Assembly: GCF_004010195.1 (NCBI RefSeq)
Contig: NC_057718.1
Span: 80,415,484 to 80,458,718 of the forward strand
Direction of reading: 5' to 3'
Origin: Chiloscyllium plagiosum
Taxonomy: Eukaryota
Length of the DNA stretch: 43,235 nt
Translations under genes and position numbers: made by a program
The notes under the pieces: model-generated
Told to the model about the DNA's origin: nothing
Seen by the model: the letters and a program-made list of their open reading frames with translations, nothing else
Databases searched by the model: none
Shown: positions 10,267-23,000 of the stretch, piece by piece
Layout: each line of letters opens with the position of its first letter
Numbering within the stretch: position 1 is the stretch's first letter

Positions 10267-11068
10267 AATATGCCAAAGTTGGCACAACTGTTAATCTCGG
10301 TACATTACTGGTTTTAATTAGACAACTCAGTGTGCTTTGGGGAAAGTAATTTAAATCTTAGACATTACTGGGTAGAGCAAGCAGACTGTACAATAAATTG
10401 AATAAATACAAACTGAATTACATTTCAAATTTTAACGAAAGACTGTTGTATTTAGATTCTGTAATTACATGCAAAATACTGCATGTGAATTTTATCTGCG
10501 TGGTTTCCCTCCAAATTAGGGATTTCATTTTCTCTTTCTGTTTTAAGTTTTTAGTTTTACATATCTGCTATCTTCTTTTCTTACAGCATAAATAACAAAT
10601 AGCATTTTCTCTAAATTAGGAAGTTAGATATCCTTGGCATTATAGAGTTTTAGGAGAGTAATTGTGTGTGTGACCACTCCTGACTACAATTGATCCAATT
10701 AATTTTCCTTACTTATTGACAAATAATGCTGCGGGTGAAGTAATCATGTCTGCATAATTGCACCAATTTTTTTTTGCTGAATACAAATAATGACTTGTTC
10801 ATGCTATTGTTGCAGCAGTACACCATTTTTTTCTCTCTATTACTATTTATACCACCCATAAAATGAAAAGGCCTAAAAATTACAGTTAGCATGCAAAAGG
10901 TGTCCTGACTCCATTACTAATTCACCTTGCTGGTTTTTGCCACATTTGCAGCCATTTCTTCTTTTGTGTGACTTTAGCATAATCTGTCTTGCTACTTGTT
11001 ACAAACTTTTCTGCAGCAATATTTGTACAACTGTAATGAATTCCCATAGCTAGCTACTGAAGCAATTA

Positions 11069-11242
11069 CAGAGGTACCTTAATTATCCAGCATTCAATTA
11101 TCCGAATATCGGATTATCTAGCAAGATCGCAAGGTCCCGATGCTTGGCTAAGCTATGTTATCCGGCATTCAATCATCCGGAATTTAAATAACTAAACTAA
11201 ATGCTCGCTGCCCATGTCCTTCGGATAATCGAGGTTCCTCTG
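11069..11242. mobile_element. Tc1/mariner-pogo (Tigger-like) MITE, 174 bp
   Basis: TA duplications at 11067-11068 and 11243-11244; TIRs CAGAGGTACCTTAATTATCC and GGATAATCGAGGTTCCTCTG (17/20 match); internal ATTATCC subrepeats. Confidence 0.85.
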
Positions 11243-12000
11243 TATTTAGTATTCAACTGATAATTATAATGTGACAGATTGTTAATATCATGCAGCAGTA
11301 AACAATACCTATTGGCAGTGGCAGCTGCTACATAACAAATTGAAGTGTAGGTCATGGATGAACCTTTGCAGCATTTGCCTCAGGAATGCAGCACTGTGCA
11401 TTTGACCAAATGTTCATGTCACAGATCAGGCAGAAAGAAGGCAGTAACTGATCGTGAGAACAGTGACCCACATCCCAGTGGAGAGGAACAGAATTCCAAC
11501 AAGTTGATTTTGCTATGAAGCTCATTGATGTTAGGCGTTATTATCAATGTAAAAGAATAAATGTGTACCATTTCTAATTATACTAGCTGTTGGACGGTCA
11601 AAGTTTCTGATTTCTTCTTTGCTTTCTGAATTTTCGAAGTTTTTATTCTGATATGCTTTCCTCTTTCTATCCTATGTGGAGTAGTTAAATCATGGTACAT
11701 ACTTTAATTCAGATAAAATCATGGTATATTTCCTGTGTTTATCATAACCTCTAACTTGTTCACAACAGTAGGGAGAGATTCTTTCTTCTTCCTTATGAAC
11801 AATTAATTTAAAGGCAAAACAAAAATCCAACATGTAAAAGGAAGGAGACAAGATGAGTCAGATGATTTTCCGGTGTCTGTAATGCACAGTACGTAGCTTC
11901 ATCACCTAAATTATTTTTATTGTATTGTACATTAATAAAATGGGCACAAGGTCAAATTTCTACTCCTGAGTTTGGTTCCTCTGTCTTCTGAATTCTGTAG

Positions 12001-12070
12001 ATGCCTATGCTACGGCCTCTTGTGCCTGCAGCTGTGAATATTCTGTACTGGTATGAAGAAAAGACCAAAG
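12001..12070 (+). CDS. Candidate 70-bp internal coding exon of an unidentified host gene
   Basis: Pyrimidine-rich acceptor TTCCTCTGTCTTCTGAATTCTGTAG, donor AG|GTAACT; only one open frame (MPMLRPLVPAAVNILYWYEEKTK); lies in non-repetitive sequence. Confidence 0.45.
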
Positions 12071-12394
12071 GTAACTTTTGCACATTTGTTTCAAACGTCA
12101 TTTACTCCTTAATCCATTGCACTTGTAGCGAGGCAGACTATGATAAGAATCTTATTAACAGAATCAGAAGCAGCGAATTCAGCCCACTAATTCTGAGCTG
12201 ACTCTTTTGAAGTTGGTTCCATTTTGCTCTTTCTCAATATCCTTAGAATTTTTATCCTGAAGTATTTTCCAATTCCCTTTTGAAGGATATTATTGTATCC
12301 ACTAGCCTCTCAAATAGTGATTCGCAAACCTAAATAAATTAACTAAAACAGCTTATTACTCAAGACTTCTTTGGCTATGTGCAAACCAGAGTTC

Positions 12395-12508
12395 AGTCAG
12401 AGTCTGATGGTTGGGTTCAAGTCCCATTCTAGGATCTGGGCATAGAAATCAAGGCTGATTGCTACACAGTTTAGAGGTGCCATCTTTTGAGGTGGTGTTA
12501 AACCATGG
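12395..12508 (+). mobile_element. DeuSINE fragment
   Basis: GGGTTCAAGTCCCA...AAGGCTGA...GAGGTGCCATCTTTTGAG...GTTAAACCATGG. Confidence 0.6.
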
Positions 12509-12519
12509 CGTACTAACTT

Positions 12520-12720
12520 TCTTTAGTATTGCATCTTGGTCCCTCCAGAACCCTATACAATTGCAGTAAGACTATCTTCCTGTTATACCCCAACCCCTTG
12601 CAATAAAAGCTCACACATTGGATGTCTTTCTAATTGTTTGCTGTATCAGCATGTTACCTTCATGTTTTCTTTAACAAGGACACTCGTCATTTTGAATTCT
12701 AACATTTAAAAGACTCCTAT
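12520..12720 (-). mobile_element. Degraded CR1 ORF2 fragment
   Basis: Reverse complement is similar to 41130-41290 (QQ.I.K..G.L.FIARG region). Confidence 0.65.
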
Positions 12721-12721
12721 T

Positions 12722-12861
12722 GCTCAGGCAGCATCCAAGGAGCAGGAGAATCAATGTTTCAGGCATAAATATTCATCAGGAATTCCTGATGAAACGTTGA
12801 TTCTCCTGGTCTTCAGATAATGACTTGCTGTGCTTTTCCAGCACCACACTTTTCAACTCTG
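12722..12861. mobile_element. Degraded palindromic Penelope pLTR-derived element
   Basis: TCAGGCAGCATCCAAGGAGCAGGAGAATC arm, central CATCAGGAATTCCTGATG palindrome, inverted arm; same family as 1752-1955. Confidence 0.75.
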
Positions 12862-13903
12862 CTACCTTTATATCCAATTGTAAGTTAGCTACCTGGCTGC
12901 ACAAAACCTTAACATTCATGCAGACAGATTGCAATTAAATAAACTAATTTACTTTTATTGTCTGATTTTGTATAGAAGGTGGCAGGATAATTGGTGTTCA
13001 ATATGGGGATGTTTTACCTTTCTGAAAACGTCTTTATCTTGACATCAATGCAGACATTCATTGCCGATCACACCAGTAACACTCATTTACTGGTGATGTA
13101 CATAGTCAACTTTACATAACTAGATTTCATGTTGTAATTCAGATGTACAAAAATTCCATCCTGCTGCCAACATTAGAAACAGTTACACATGAGCCAGCAG
13201 CTGCACTTGGGATCAAATGTGCATGTACCTGCTGTGTTTCCGGTTGGCAACAGGAGTTACAGTGGCCAGTAAAATGCCAGCAGAGGCAGGAAAATGGCGG
13301 GCATGGCACCCACCATCATCATACCTCATCTGTCTTTGCCCTTTCATATTACTTCCTTGACTTGGCTGATTCCATTACAGATACACCAAAATAAAGAAAA
13401 TCCTATCCTTAACCCAGAAGTTATCTTGAAAAATTATACATTACATGAACATGACCTACATCAGTACAGAAACTGTTCAGAGCACACTACCTCTAGATCT
13501 GTTTTCCATAAACTCCAAGAGTATGCGAACCAAATCATGATGAAAAATTTGTGCTTTCTGCACTCAACATCGTATTAATTCTCTGAACTCATAAAATAGG
13601 TAACAATGATTTATATGGTATGGCAGGAGGCATGATTTGTTGGCCATGGTTGGCATGGCAATGCAGCAGGAACCATGAACTGTCTATCTCAATTAGTTGA
13701 AAAAAAACTGCTTAGTGATCAATTGTGCACAACCTAGTCACTTTTTCAACTATTCACAATAAAAGTCTCAGAAGCTGGTGATGCTGGGAGGAAACAAAAA
13801 CAGTAAAATCTTCAAAAAAAATGTTCAACATATGCACAACTACACTAGTCTAGCTGGTTGAGCATGCTATTAGTTAAAATGTTTATTGCTTATTATCTAG
13901 CGC

Positions 13904-14572
13904 TGAAATACCTCCACACAAGCCAAGTCACCATTTCGGAGAGTTCTTGACCCTGACCCAGCTCCCTCAGAGCCTGGTCTCTGAGTGAAAGGATGCCTGA
14001 CACCTGTTTTTTTTTAACCAAGCCCCCCCCTTTATTTACACGGGGAGGGTCTCTGACACTGATCCAGTTCCCTCAGAGCCAGCTCTCAGTGTGAACAGAA
14101 TCTCTGACACTCCTATTTAATTTTTTTTCCCCATATGTGTGCGCAGGTGTGAGACACAGTGAAAGACACAAGGTGCAAGAATCTTTATTCAGTTTCCACC
14201 ACCAGGAAGAAAAGAAACACCCGAGTAGCCAGTGACAAGCAGTGCCCTTCACATCAAAGGGCAATGCTGTGTGATCAATGAAGGGGAGGGCAGGGATTAA
14301 ATCAAAATAGAGTTGGAGGGGGAGATAATGCATTCCACTCCCTGCGGCGCCCACCTCTCCCTGAACAACTCCAGGGTGTCGGTGGATACCATGTGCTCCT
14401 TTTCCAGAGACACCCGGGCTCTAACGTAGCCGCGGAAAAGGGGCAGGCAGTCGGCCGACACTCCTGTTCTTATCTGTCAGCCAGGGCTCTCTGATTAGAC
14501 CAGATTAACACCCCCAATCAGGGAACCATATTCTAGGAGATCTACCTGGCTGACCTCATCACAATCACTACA
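13904..14572 (-). mobile_element. Solo LTR (Gypsy-like) containing a Tx1 insertion and a duplicated segment
   Basis: Minus strand starts TGTAGTGATTG (14572) and ends GGTATTTCA (13904); segment 13950-14008 recurs, diverged, at 14055-14114. Confidence 0.7.
14115..14456 (-). mobile_element. Tx1-clade LINE 3' end (5'-truncated)
   Basis: Minus strand reads ADCLPLFRGYVRARVSLEKEHMVSTDTLELFRERWAPQGVECIISPSNSILI*, resembling Tx1 ORF2 C-terminus; AATAAA near 14185; A-tail at 14116-14128; GACACTCCT at both flanks (14106-14114, 14457-14465). Confidence 0.85.
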
Positions 14573-15182
14573 GTTTCTCCTTTTTTTCCTCTTCCTTCAC
14601 GTATAACATCAATGTTTCTTCGTGTTTTTGTGTCTGTCTGTATGCATGTGTGGATTTTTTAAAGAAGGGAGTTAGACTTTTAACCAATAGTTAGATGTCA
14701 ACAATTCATAGTTATTCACCTGTAGTTAGAGTCTAGTTACTTGTCAAAATTAACAGTTACTTTTAAGGCCAGAAACCTAACCCAAGTTTTGTGTTAACTT
14801 GGATCTATCTGACAGGTACATTTGGGGCTTTGCATATTTTGATAAAACATTTTAACTTATGTATGACTCCAGCAATAGCAAGGCTTGATTCTAGCACACT
14901 ACCCCAGAAAGACTTAACAAATTTAATCTTAAGTTCCTGGAGACTCAGGCCACCTACACACTCTATCAGAAAGAGGATCCTGACCGAGAAGAAATCCAAA
15001 GAAGTAAGTTCCAAAACATTTTTTTTTTAAAAACTCAAGAACAGAATAAGTGATCATGCTTTAGGTTCCATCTTGTGGTTCCTATCACCAAAAATTTGCT
15101 CACACCCTCCTATCAGTCACATTTGCTTGCTTATTTTTAATGGACAGTTCACTTGAATTATGCAAATGTGATCTATTATAAT

Positions 15183-15830
15183 TGTTATGGACTAGGCCAG
15201 ACCACTCAAAACATTCTTAAGCAGGCAGCCCAGACCATAACTATGCTATTTGTTGGTAAGTGTACAGTGAAAATTACCCGGAGAAAGTTAGCTAGGTTGA
15301 CTACCAAGTTTTAAAAGAGACCAAAATGTAATCACAAAATTACAGAATGAAACACAGAATAGAATATAGTATACCCACAGAACTCAGTCTATCCAAACTA
15401 GACTTAATTATGCTGTTCCAATAAAATACATGCAATAGTCCCAATAAACAAATCCCTTAAACACAGAGCAAAAATGAAACAAAGGCTTATAGGTCAAGTT
15501 AGAAGGGCAGAAGGAGAGAGAGTCGAACAGCCTGCTTCCACACAACCTATTGCTGAATTGACTGAAACAAGACTTCTGCTTTTAGGGCTGACCATTCCCC
15601 CCCCCCGCCACCTCATTATACAGGTCACTTGTAAAACATAACAGCTTTGACCTAAAGTCTCATCTGTTTATGTATAAATGAAAAGGCCTCTCAGTAAACT
15701 CTTTCATCTCTGTACCAAACCAGTCATTTCGGAGCCCGGACTGTTTTATGACCGCTCTGAAAATGACCAAGGACACAGTATTCTTGAGAAGAAGGACCAG
15801 CTTTTAGAAAAAGGGACCAGCTTTGTGACA
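15183..15830. mobile_element. Solo LTR, 648 bp, 4-bp TSD
   Basis: TG...CA ends (TGTTATGG / TTTGTGACA); TAAT at 15179-15182 and 15831-15834. Confidence 0.7.
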
Positions 15831-16164
15831 TAATATTATTATAAACAACAGTAATTGATTAAAATATTGTAACTGAGAGTTTGAAAATAGCCATACTTTA
15901 CTCTTGACTAAAAATGTAGCTGTACACAAATCATGGTGCAAGAATATTCTGTTAATGTTTATCATCAATGCTTAATGAACCACTATCAGTGCATTATCAT
16001 TGGTTGTTATAAATAATCATATTGGACTATTCATCTTCAAATCCCATTGGTTAGCTTAAAAGCCTTGGACGTTGGTTTGAGAAACAGTAAAAATAAGCTG
16101 ACACAGTTACAAATGCCCACCAATGTAACCTAACCTGAACTGTTGTCAATGTCACAGAAATACA

Positions 16165-16380
16165 CAAAGAACAAAGAAAAACGGAAATGGTTGGAGAAAC
16201 TCAGCATGTCTGGCTGCATCTGTGGAGCGAAATCATTTAATGTTTCAAGTCCAAATGTGGAGAAGAATCACTGGATTTGAAATGTTAACTCGGTTTTCTC
16301 TCCAGGCCTGCTGAGTTTCTCCAGCAATTTCTGCTTTTGTTTGTCTCAGTTCTCCAGCATCCACAGTTCTTTGTTTTATT
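16165..16380. mobile_element. Palindromic non-autonomous element (second Penelope pLTR-like family), degraded
   Basis: Inverted arms TGGAGAAACTCAGCA / TGCTGAGTTTCTCCA; homologous to 29722-29950. Confidence 0.7.
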
Positions 16381-17619
16381 TAATATACAAAGGAATGTCT
16401 TAATAACATGGCTGCAACAGCCTCCCATCCCCTGAAAAGTGTTGCCAAAGGATAATTATCTGAGCATTAAAATTCACTATCTTGAATATATAGCTCAAAG
16501 TGAGACCTTCAAATATCTCTGATGAATGGGATTTCCAAACTGCAAGCAACTTTGCAATTTCAAAAAATTGAATCCAAAAACTATTGTGTAAAGAGTAGTA
16601 GTGAAACCTTCCCTCCATCACCTATATCAAATAATAATCAGAAACACTGACTGTGGGCAATCGAAGTTCATTTATCGAAATTGACTGCTTGACTGTGGAC
16701 CAATGGTCAGATTTTCATTTATCAAAACCAATTCTTCATGTGAGCAATCATGATATAAGCTGTGGAATTTTTTGCTGCAGGAAGAGACATCCAATAACAT
16801 GGGATGACTTTGATCATTTTTAGTAAAGTATAATTTCGCTGAGTTTCATGGATTGTTTCCCTGCACAAGATTGCAGTTTTCTCAACTAGTCATCCCAAAC
16901 TCGCCTTATTAACGACCTACTACACTCCCATGGAGCCCCTCTCATTTGATGCTAGCTTCATTCTCCCACTCACTGCAGCCAGATGTTTTAGCCACTGCCA
17001 GGACACATTAGCGTCCTGAGCACTGACATCTAGCCATTCACCTAGTCAAGGGTTGACAGGCCAAAGTTATCCTTTATTGTAACATAATACCACAGCAGCT
17101 ATAAACCAATACTTCTCACAATACAAAGGTGGCAGGGCTAACATTTCCTTGCACACAAAACTGCACAATCCTACGGTTATCGCTGTTTAAACACCAGTCC
17201 ATATGGCTTACTTGTCCTAAGCCACATCCCATCTAAGTCACTGCTATTCTTTCAGCAATGACCACTATAGTCCAGCATCTTATCATTATAGAAAGGGAGG
17301 CCGTTAGTCACCTCAAAAAATGCAATTTTATTTTACAAACATTAAAAGTAAACAGAAATCCAACAAACAGAAGCTGCATTTACCTCTAGGAACACAAACA
17401 AATTGCTTTCTTGTCATGCATCAACAATGTTACAGTCAATAAATGATGACTGTAACCACATTTAATCTTGTGAATCAGTATCAATTAAGTTCTGTCTGGT
17501 TTGTAGTGTCCAATGCAGCAGTGCTCTGTCATGCACAGTGACATTTCTCCTGCATAATGACTGCTTTCTCTCTCTCTCAGTTCATCAGTATCCATTACAT
17601 CCCCTCTTTGCCTGCTACA

Positions 17620-18430
17620 GATGTGTACAGCACAGCATTTTAGGATACGCAGCCTACTCTAAGGAGTGTACTGCAAGATTGGTCCAAGCAGCAGAATCAC
17701 ATCTTAAGCAGAAAACCAAAGATGAGTCCTGAAATGTTAATTCTGTTTTCTCTCCACAGATCTGAGGTTTTCCAGTAATTTTTGTTTCTGTTTCACATCT
17801 GCTCCATGATGTCCTGGTCAAAGAATGGGATGCATTGCATCTGGACTCCACTGCAGTAAAGGGGTTGTTTAACAAAATCAACAGCCACAGTTGCAATGGG
17901 TAGCCTTTGTCTGTGACCACTTTTGTAAGGCATCTGGATCCTTAAACACAAGCATTCTCAAGGATTTACATAACATGGCAAATCCAAGTACTGGGTACAA
18001 GCTTCAAGGAAGTGATGACACTCCTGCTCCTCAGTTGCTGCCTGACCAGTTGTGCTTTTCCAGCACCACACCTTTTGACTCTGATCTCCAGCATCTGCAG
18101 TCCTCACTTTCTCCCACTTTTAGGAAGTGGAATCAATGATCACAGATGACTTCCTAACTGACAGAATGAAACCCTTTTCCATTGATGAGTTCAGCTATGC
18201 TTTGATATGGTTCTCTTACGCAATTGCCTTGCACATGGGAAAAGCAAGCAATGTTATCAAAGCCTACTGTTTGGACTGCAACACTGAACTTGTCACAGGG
18301 AAATGAGATGATGTGGTTTGATGTGGCCTAAACTGCATCATTCACAGTTTCGATGTATTTATGGCGAACAATTGAGAGATCGCACACAGAACCCTAGTGG
18401 TTCCTTGGAAGGAACCAATCTCACAGTTTA
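17620..18430 (-). pseudogene. PIF/Harbinger DDE transposase remnant, interrupted by short pLTR-like inserts at ~17728-17796 and ~18021-18115
   Basis: Minus strand motifs in order: GSFQGTTRVLCAISQ; IISFP...GFDNIACFSHVQG; INGKGFHSVS*EVICDH; DKGYPLQLWLL...T..E..CN..H..TR (ORF 17654-17920); LLKM*FCCLDQS..LQYTP..CCAVH. Confidence 0.85.
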
Positions 18431-18634
18431 CTGCAACTGTTGCAATGAGAGAAGACCCAGTTGGTAAAGTGGATACTCAATAGTCTCTACTCGCATGGTC
18501 ACCACAAAAGTGAATAATTTAATCAAAATATGTAAAGTCCCCAGTTTATCTGCCTGATGGAAGCGATTTAACAGAAAACGCTGCCCAGGGTCCTGTACTT
18601 ATCTGTAATAAGCAGTAGTTCTTGATAAGTAAAT

Positions 18635-19938
18635 TGTAATGACAAGAAAACAACTGTGAACTATTGACATATGTCTCGACCAGTTAAAACACAAATCCCC
18701 TTTTTAAGGACTGGTTTGATGGATGGATAGAAAAAACGCGGGCAAACATATTAAAATAGCACCAGCTCAGGTTAGTTAAAATATTTATTTTGGCCAGCCT
18801 GGACCTTCTGGTCTTCAATCTCCTTTCTCCAGATTCTTTCACTTCTTAGTAGGAGGCACAGGGTGATTGGAACATTAAATACAAAGTCTCTTAGTTATTG
18901 ATTAAAGGAAGAAAATAATTGGCTTTCTTCGGGTTTCAGGTATTTCTCTGGTTTATCTGACTCTAATGTTTACCCTTTTAATTATCTTATTTCTAACTTA
19001 TACTATTATAAGATATTGTGTTATGATATATTGCGTAATAGGCTGTCTTTATTAACACATTCACCAGTTCGCTATATTCATTAATACTGGGTTCATGTTC
19101 ATTCATTCATAACCCTTTACTAACCTGTTATTTACTATAACATGGTTTCATTCATCCATTCATAAAACCACAGTTTTGTAGTATCCAAATTTAAAAACAA
19201 CCCAATATCACTGCATTCCTAAACCTTAGTCCCTGCTAACAGAACAACACATCCCTATTAAATCTCCACGAAATATTATAATATTAATCAGTCCTCACCA
19301 ACTATCTCAGACAGAACAATACCAGCCTCATCAAGTCTCCACAAAACATTATAATAACCTGCCCTTACCAACCATCCCCTGGACCTGAATACATTAACTA
19401 CCTATCAACTACCTTTTAACTAGCCATTTTATCCTTTTAAGAAACGAACTGACAAATCAGCGCTTGCACGAAATTGCATGATTGAATGAAACTCATACTG
19501 GCAAATAGTAAATAAATCTTACAACACAGCTGCAGTAAACAGTTTAATATCCTTTAGTCTTTTATTACAATGTTTAACTTATTTAGAGCATATAGGCCTA
19601 GCATTTTTACTAATTATTTACTAATTTAAAATACAAAAGGGCTAACACTTCCTAATTATGCAAGCAGACTGGACAGACATCCCATCAGAAGAAAAACCAG
19701 CATTTAGCACGTTTTAACCCATCCCAGGACATAAGCCCTTCAAACCTTTGTGTACTATGGATAAAACAATGTAACACCATGGTAATGGAATCTTAATATA
19801 TGTAAGAACCATGTATAAAGGGGCTTTTGTAAGAACTGTATTTCAGGATTCTATTGCCGCCTCGAACTTGTGCCGTGATTGCTGAATAAAGAGGTTATTT
19901 TCACCACTCACTGACTTCAGTCGTTATTTGAACACAAT
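18635..19938 (+). repeat. Possible long solo LTR; 5' boundary uncertain
   Basis: TATAAA at ~19814, AATAAA at ~19885, ends ...TTTGAACACA; diverged ~72-bp tandem units at 19236-19379, as seen in U3 regions. No TSD found. Confidence 0.35.
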
Positions 19939-19950
19939 CCCACACTATGA

Positions 19951-20118
19951 ATCACTGTAAGGTAATGTAATTTCTTATTTTTTATTATTCATTTTGTATC
20001 TAAGATTTGTACCTAAGATGGTGCCATGAGAGGCGACATTGTAAACTTTTCACTGTACTGCTGTACTTGAGTACATGTGACAATAAAGAATATTCCTCCA
20101 TTCTATTCTTCTTCTATT
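19951..20118 (+). mobile_element. Rex1/Babar-like LINE 3' tail
   Basis: Ends CACTGTAC...GTACATGTGACAATAAA...ATTCTATTCT; similar to the reverse complement of 33845-33885. Confidence 0.55.
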
Positions 20119-20119
20119 T

Positions 20120-20126
<7 letters not shown>

Positions 20127-20153
<27 letters not shown>
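20127..20153. repeat. (AG)n microsatellite
   Basis: About 13 perfect AG units. Confidence 0.95.
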
Positions 20154-21191
20154 CACATGCAACCTATTTTTCCAGCAGTGTGAAGGCTTCTTACTATATT
20201 GCTCATATGCACAAGTTGTTCAGCTGCCTAGGAACCAGAAAGTTGTCGTCAGCCTGATCTTTGACATCCACAATTGGTCACAATTGCACAAACCAATCAA
20301 TCAATCAGCTGCTTGCTGCCAGCCATCTACAAATATCTTCTCTTGCTGCTTGAATAAAGCAGCAGTGGAAATGCCACATACAATAGTTTTCAGTAACTTG
20401 TTTTTAAAACTGCAGCACAGTCTTTGACTTTAAAACAGTTTTTTTTTCATTTTAATCCACAATCAAAAATATGGGAAATAAAATGATACATTCATTACAC
20501 TGCAAACCATTTTTTTTTAAATGTGTGGATATATTTTCCACACAACCATTTACAGAAGGATAACCAGCTCAACACAAAAGTGAAGAAGAAGTGAGAATTG
20601 ATTTTAAAGAGGTTTTATACTTCACTTAGATGACTTTCATTAAACTACCATCTGAGTTTTGATTAGCTCGAGGTCTGTCTGGAATGTTTCTTCTCTAATG
20701 TATGTTGAACATATTGAATGTAAATGTGTCATACAAGGTTAATGTGCATGTTACATTATCTCCACCCATTATACTGATGTTATATTCAGCCTGTGGGTGG
20801 AAAGAAGAAATTTTGGAGGGAGAAATATTTCTAACCAGCTCCCTAATGTCCTAGTAATTATGTCTGCCCAAATGTAGCTGAACTTATTGCAATCAATGAA
20901 TAATCCTTTTCACTGTCTAAGAATAGTGCATCTTCTCGAGATGGTAATGTATTCTCTACAGTTCTTCACCAGATATAGCTCAACAAAGCAAAGAAAGAGG
21001 AGGGTTGGTGGCAATGAACTACCTAAAACAATCCTTTCCCAGTATCACCTACTTGTAGAGATGTCAAATACCACAAAGAAATTACTACAGTAGGCACACC
21101 TTTTTAAGAAATTTAAAACTCTTATGCCAACATCTGAAGTGAGAGATTAATCGCTCCTCTGGATTTGTTTGTCACAATATATTTAAAACAT

Positions 21192-22167
21192 TGTTATGAC
21201 ACGAAGACAGACAAATCAAATCAGTCTCCCTATCCCTAGATTCACAACATGGTAAAATTAAAATATTCAAAGACCCTCAAAATTTACCACAATGGTTCCT
21301 ATCCAGAATGTTATTAATAAGCAGAACCAGACTTTGAGAATAAGTGATACCAGATACCAGGTTTACAGCTTAAACAAAAGAACTAACAATTTATTATTAA
21401 TATGGAAGTTTTAGCTGAGTAAAGTTAAACAAAACGCTAATCAAATTAATGTCAATGATTTAAACCCAATCTTCTTTGATTCTAGCCCCCACACAGAGAC
21501 AGACAGACAAACAAACAGACAGACACAGTTAAGGGATAAATCAAAAGAAAATAAAAGCTATAACTGTGTTATTTCACATCAACTGTTTCCATGATTCATA
21601 CTATCACATGCACATGGAAGTGTATCTTCGCTGGTTTGTGATGACACTGGTCAATGCAAATAGCTGCCAGTAGGCTCTGAGGAAAATTCATTTAATACTT
21701 GTAACTGGGATTCTATTCTCCAAAATGTAAATAAATTAATATGAAGGATAATCAGAGTGCAATCAGATCTCCTTCCTGTAGCTTTGGTAACCACAAACAT
21801 TCTGAAAAAACCTACAGTTCAAAGACAGTTTAAACGTCATTTTATTCTTTTTGATTTCTTTAAAACATTTTCTTTGTAAGACTGATTGGCATCATGACCT
21901 CCCTGTTAACACTCAATCGTCTGCCATGTGTTTGAGCATAATGTCGCTCTGAAGTCAAAATGTCTATACAGTACTGCGAACAAGAATCAATCTGCAATTA
22001 ACTTCCAGGCCTGGTCTCATATCAAGTATCAGTATGTTTGTTGATTTTTTTTTTTTAAAAAGTAGCTGTTGCTCACAGTCCATAGATCACCTTCAGCTCT
22101 CAGCTTACAATTCACAGCTCCATATCAAAATGATAAAATTAAAGAAAAATCAGCAAATGCTCTAACA
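21192..22167. mobile_element. Possible solo LTR (~975 bp)
   Basis: TGTTA...TAACA termini; flanks ACAT and AAAT (3/4 match); internal ACAG/ACAA repeats. Confidence 0.4.
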
Positions 22168-22328
22168 AAATCAAACACAAAGATCAAATTGCCAATTGGT
22201 GCAAGATTGGATGCCTTGCTTTGAAATTTGTAGATCTCTCTCTTTTCTGCTGCAAGTACATTGTAATCAAAGTCTAATTTTGCATATTAATCAAAGGATT
22301 TGGATTTTGTTTTGACTTTTTTTCTTGG

Positions 22329-22399
22329 TGCTTCGAAAGCTAGTGCCTCCAAATAAACCTGCTGGACTATAACCTGGCGTTGTGTGATTTTCAACTTTG
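22329..22399 (+). mobile_element. Penelope pLTR 3' fragment
   Basis: AAACCTGCTGGACTATAACCTGGCGTTGTGTGATTTT matches 7770-7808. Confidence 0.8.
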
Positions 22400-22960
22400 A
22401 TTTTGTTTTGCAATTCTTTGGGGACTTGCAGTCTACTCAATCAAATAAGTCTTCATTTTGGATTGTTCAGTAAGTGTCATAATCTCTTTGGAGAACGAGG
22501 CGTACAGAAGTGAAGCAGAAATTATTTACATTTGAGGCTGAGACAACAGGAATCAATATAACAACCCTTGTCTAATGTTTCTATTCGGATTCCGTTAGCT
22601 TACTTTATAATTTGGCACCAATTTTATTTTAAAAAGCAGTTTTTAATTCTAATTCATGCCAAAACAATAAATAGCATTTAATGAGTAACACTACAATAAA
22701 CATACAGGATTATACTAACCATTTCAAATTATGATTAACAAATTTACAACAAAACTGGAAGTCACTATACAGGATTACAATTTTATGGTCATAATGAAAC
22801 ACACAAATTAAAATAACCTCTTCAATTACTTTGAATCCTTTATGTTGTAAAGAAAGACATATTGAAAACGATCAGTCACAGGTAATGTCATCATTAGTTA
22901 GAATCCCAGAATATATTATATAGGGGTGTAGGTTTGCTCGCTGAGCTGTAGGTTTGATAT

Positions 22961-23000
22961 CCAGACATTTCATTACCTGGCTAGGTAACATCATCAGTGG
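22961..23000 (-). ncRNA. Minimal hammerhead ribozyme motif in Penelope pLTR
   Basis: CCA-CTGATGA-T-GTTACC-TAGCCA-GGTAAT-GAAAT-GTC-TGG. Confidence 0.7.

Noticed and set aside
17620..18430. Host HARBI1 gene
   Set aside because: Stops, frameshifts and insertions show a dead transposon copy.
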